Shown piece by piece: positions 16,048-16,803 of a stretch of DNA of 16,803 nt. The notes beneath the pieces were generated by a model. It saw only the letters and a program-made list of their open reading frames with translations. It did no database searches and was not told where the DNA came from. Source of the DNA: an uncultured delta proteobacterium (GTDB lineage Bacteria; Myxococcota; Myxococcia; Myxococcales; Anaeromyxobacteraceae); NCBI GenBank assembly GCA_963845515.1, contig CAWJSR010000041.1, forward strand, positions 1 to 16,803, read 5' to 3'. A program made the position numbers and the translations under genes. The stretch's first letter is position 1. Each line of letters starts with the position of its first letter.

Positions 16048-16049
16048 GC

Positions 16050-16803
16050 ATGCGCAAGGCCTTCGACGCCAACGTCCCCAAGCTGAAGCCGCGGCTGCGC
16101 GCTGCGGCGCCGCCGACGACCGTCGCGGAGCCGGTTGCCCGCTCCCTCACCCCGAGCCGCTCCCTCGGCGAGGGAGAGCCGGTTGTCCGCTCCCTCACCC
16201 CGACCCTCTCCCTCGATGAGGGAGAGGGGGGCGCTGCGGTCGTGGCCACCGGGGGAGAGGGCAGGGAGAGGGGGCAGTCGGCCGCCGCCGCCGAGGCTCG
16301 CGACGACTCCCCGTCCGTCGACGCCCGGCGCGACCGGCTGGAGAAGATCAAGCGGCGCGTGGCCGACGCTGCGCGGCCGCGGACCGCCACGGTCATGCCC
16401 CCCACGGATCCGGCGCGCGCGGCCGAGTCGGTGCTCGGGCTCGTCCGGGAGCTGGAGACGGATCTGGCGGGCGCCCGTGAGCGCGAGGAGGCGCTGCGCA
16501 CCGATCTCGAGGGGTCGCGCGCCGAGGCGGCGCGCGCGGGCGCGGAGGCGCGCCAGGCGGTGGAGCGGCTCTCGGAGGCGGACCGGCAGCTGGAGGAGAA
16601 GCGCTGCGTGCTCTCCGACCTGCTCGCCGAGATGGGCGCGCTGGAGGCCGAGCGGGACGAGGCGCTCCGCCGCTCGCAGGCGCTCGCCGCGCTCGACGAG
16701 GAGCGCGCCAGGCTGCTCGACGACCTGACGCGGCGCGCGGACGAGGAGGCCAGGCTGCGTGCCGAGCGGGAGGCCGAGGTGGAGCGGCTCTCCGAGGAGC
16801 TCC
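16050..16803 (+). CDS. pomX: PomX-like coiled-coil ATPase-activating scaffold protein (3'-truncated by the window end; not in the ORF track)
   Basis: ATG 16050, 2 nt after the pomZ stop, and open to the window end. N-terminus MRKAFDANVPKLKPRLR resembles the M. xanthus PomX N-terminal peptide as I recall it (MKKAFEQNVSRAKPRLR), with K13 and R15 conserved. A long Glu/Arg/Leu coiled coil follows (VRELETDLAGAREREEALRTDLE...). Confidence 0.85.
   Translation, partial: MRKAFDANVPKLKPRLRAAAPPTTVAEPVARSLTPSRSLGEGEPVVRSLTPTLSLDEGEGGAAVVATGGEGRERGQSAAAAEARDDSPSVDARRDRLEKIKRRVADAARPRTATVMPPTDPARAAESVLGLVRELETDLAGAREREEALRTDLEGSRAEAARAGAEARQAVERLSEADRQLEEKRCVLSDLLAEMGALEAERDEALRRSQALAALDEERARLLDDLTRRADEEARLRAEREAEVERLSEEL
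16128..16275. repeat. Intragenic REP/BoxC-like repeats in pomX: two tandem 48-bp units plus an inverted partial unit
   Basis: 16128-16175 and 16176-16223 match at 43/48 nt. Perfect 11-bp stem ccctctccctc-gat-gagggagaggg at 16204-16228. 16246-16275 matches 3710-3738 at 27/30 aligned columns. Confidence 0.85.

Noticed and set aside
16135..16728. 197-aa + strand track ORF as the gene after pomZ
   Set aside because: Wrong frame and Arg/Pro-rich. The frame from ATG 16050 gives the PomX peptide and a coiled coil, and was omitted only because it has no stop within the window.

Overview
Very GC-rich chromosomal window, most likely from an Anaeromyxobacter-like member of the Myxococcota (inferred from the pomY-pomZ-pomX locus and gene content). 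In order: (1) + strand phosphate uptake genes pstC-pstA-pstB-phoU. pstA and the 5' part of pstB are broken by four visible and one inferred single-base insertions, probably read/assembly errors. (2) A ~175-bp array of CCCTCTCCC-loop-GGGAGAG palindromic repeats between convergent phoU and sbcC. (3) A - strand run, in transcription order: RlmL-like RNA methyltransferase with an apparently shortened THUMP domain, DUF2238 membrane protein, NlpC/P60 lipoprotein, putative outer-membrane beta-barrel, RCC1/BLIP-II-repeat lipoprotein, then sbcD-sbcC. (4) + strand TagF-like glycerophosphotransferase, a YciI protein and the division-positioning operon pomY-pomZ-pomX; pomX runs off the window and is absent from the ORF track. 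The most striking sequence-level observation is that the intergenic repeat family also sits in frame inside the N-terminal region of pomX, right after its conserved PomZ-activating peptide. No RNA genes, CRISPR array or transposase were recognised. All family assignments are from motif recognition, not database searches.
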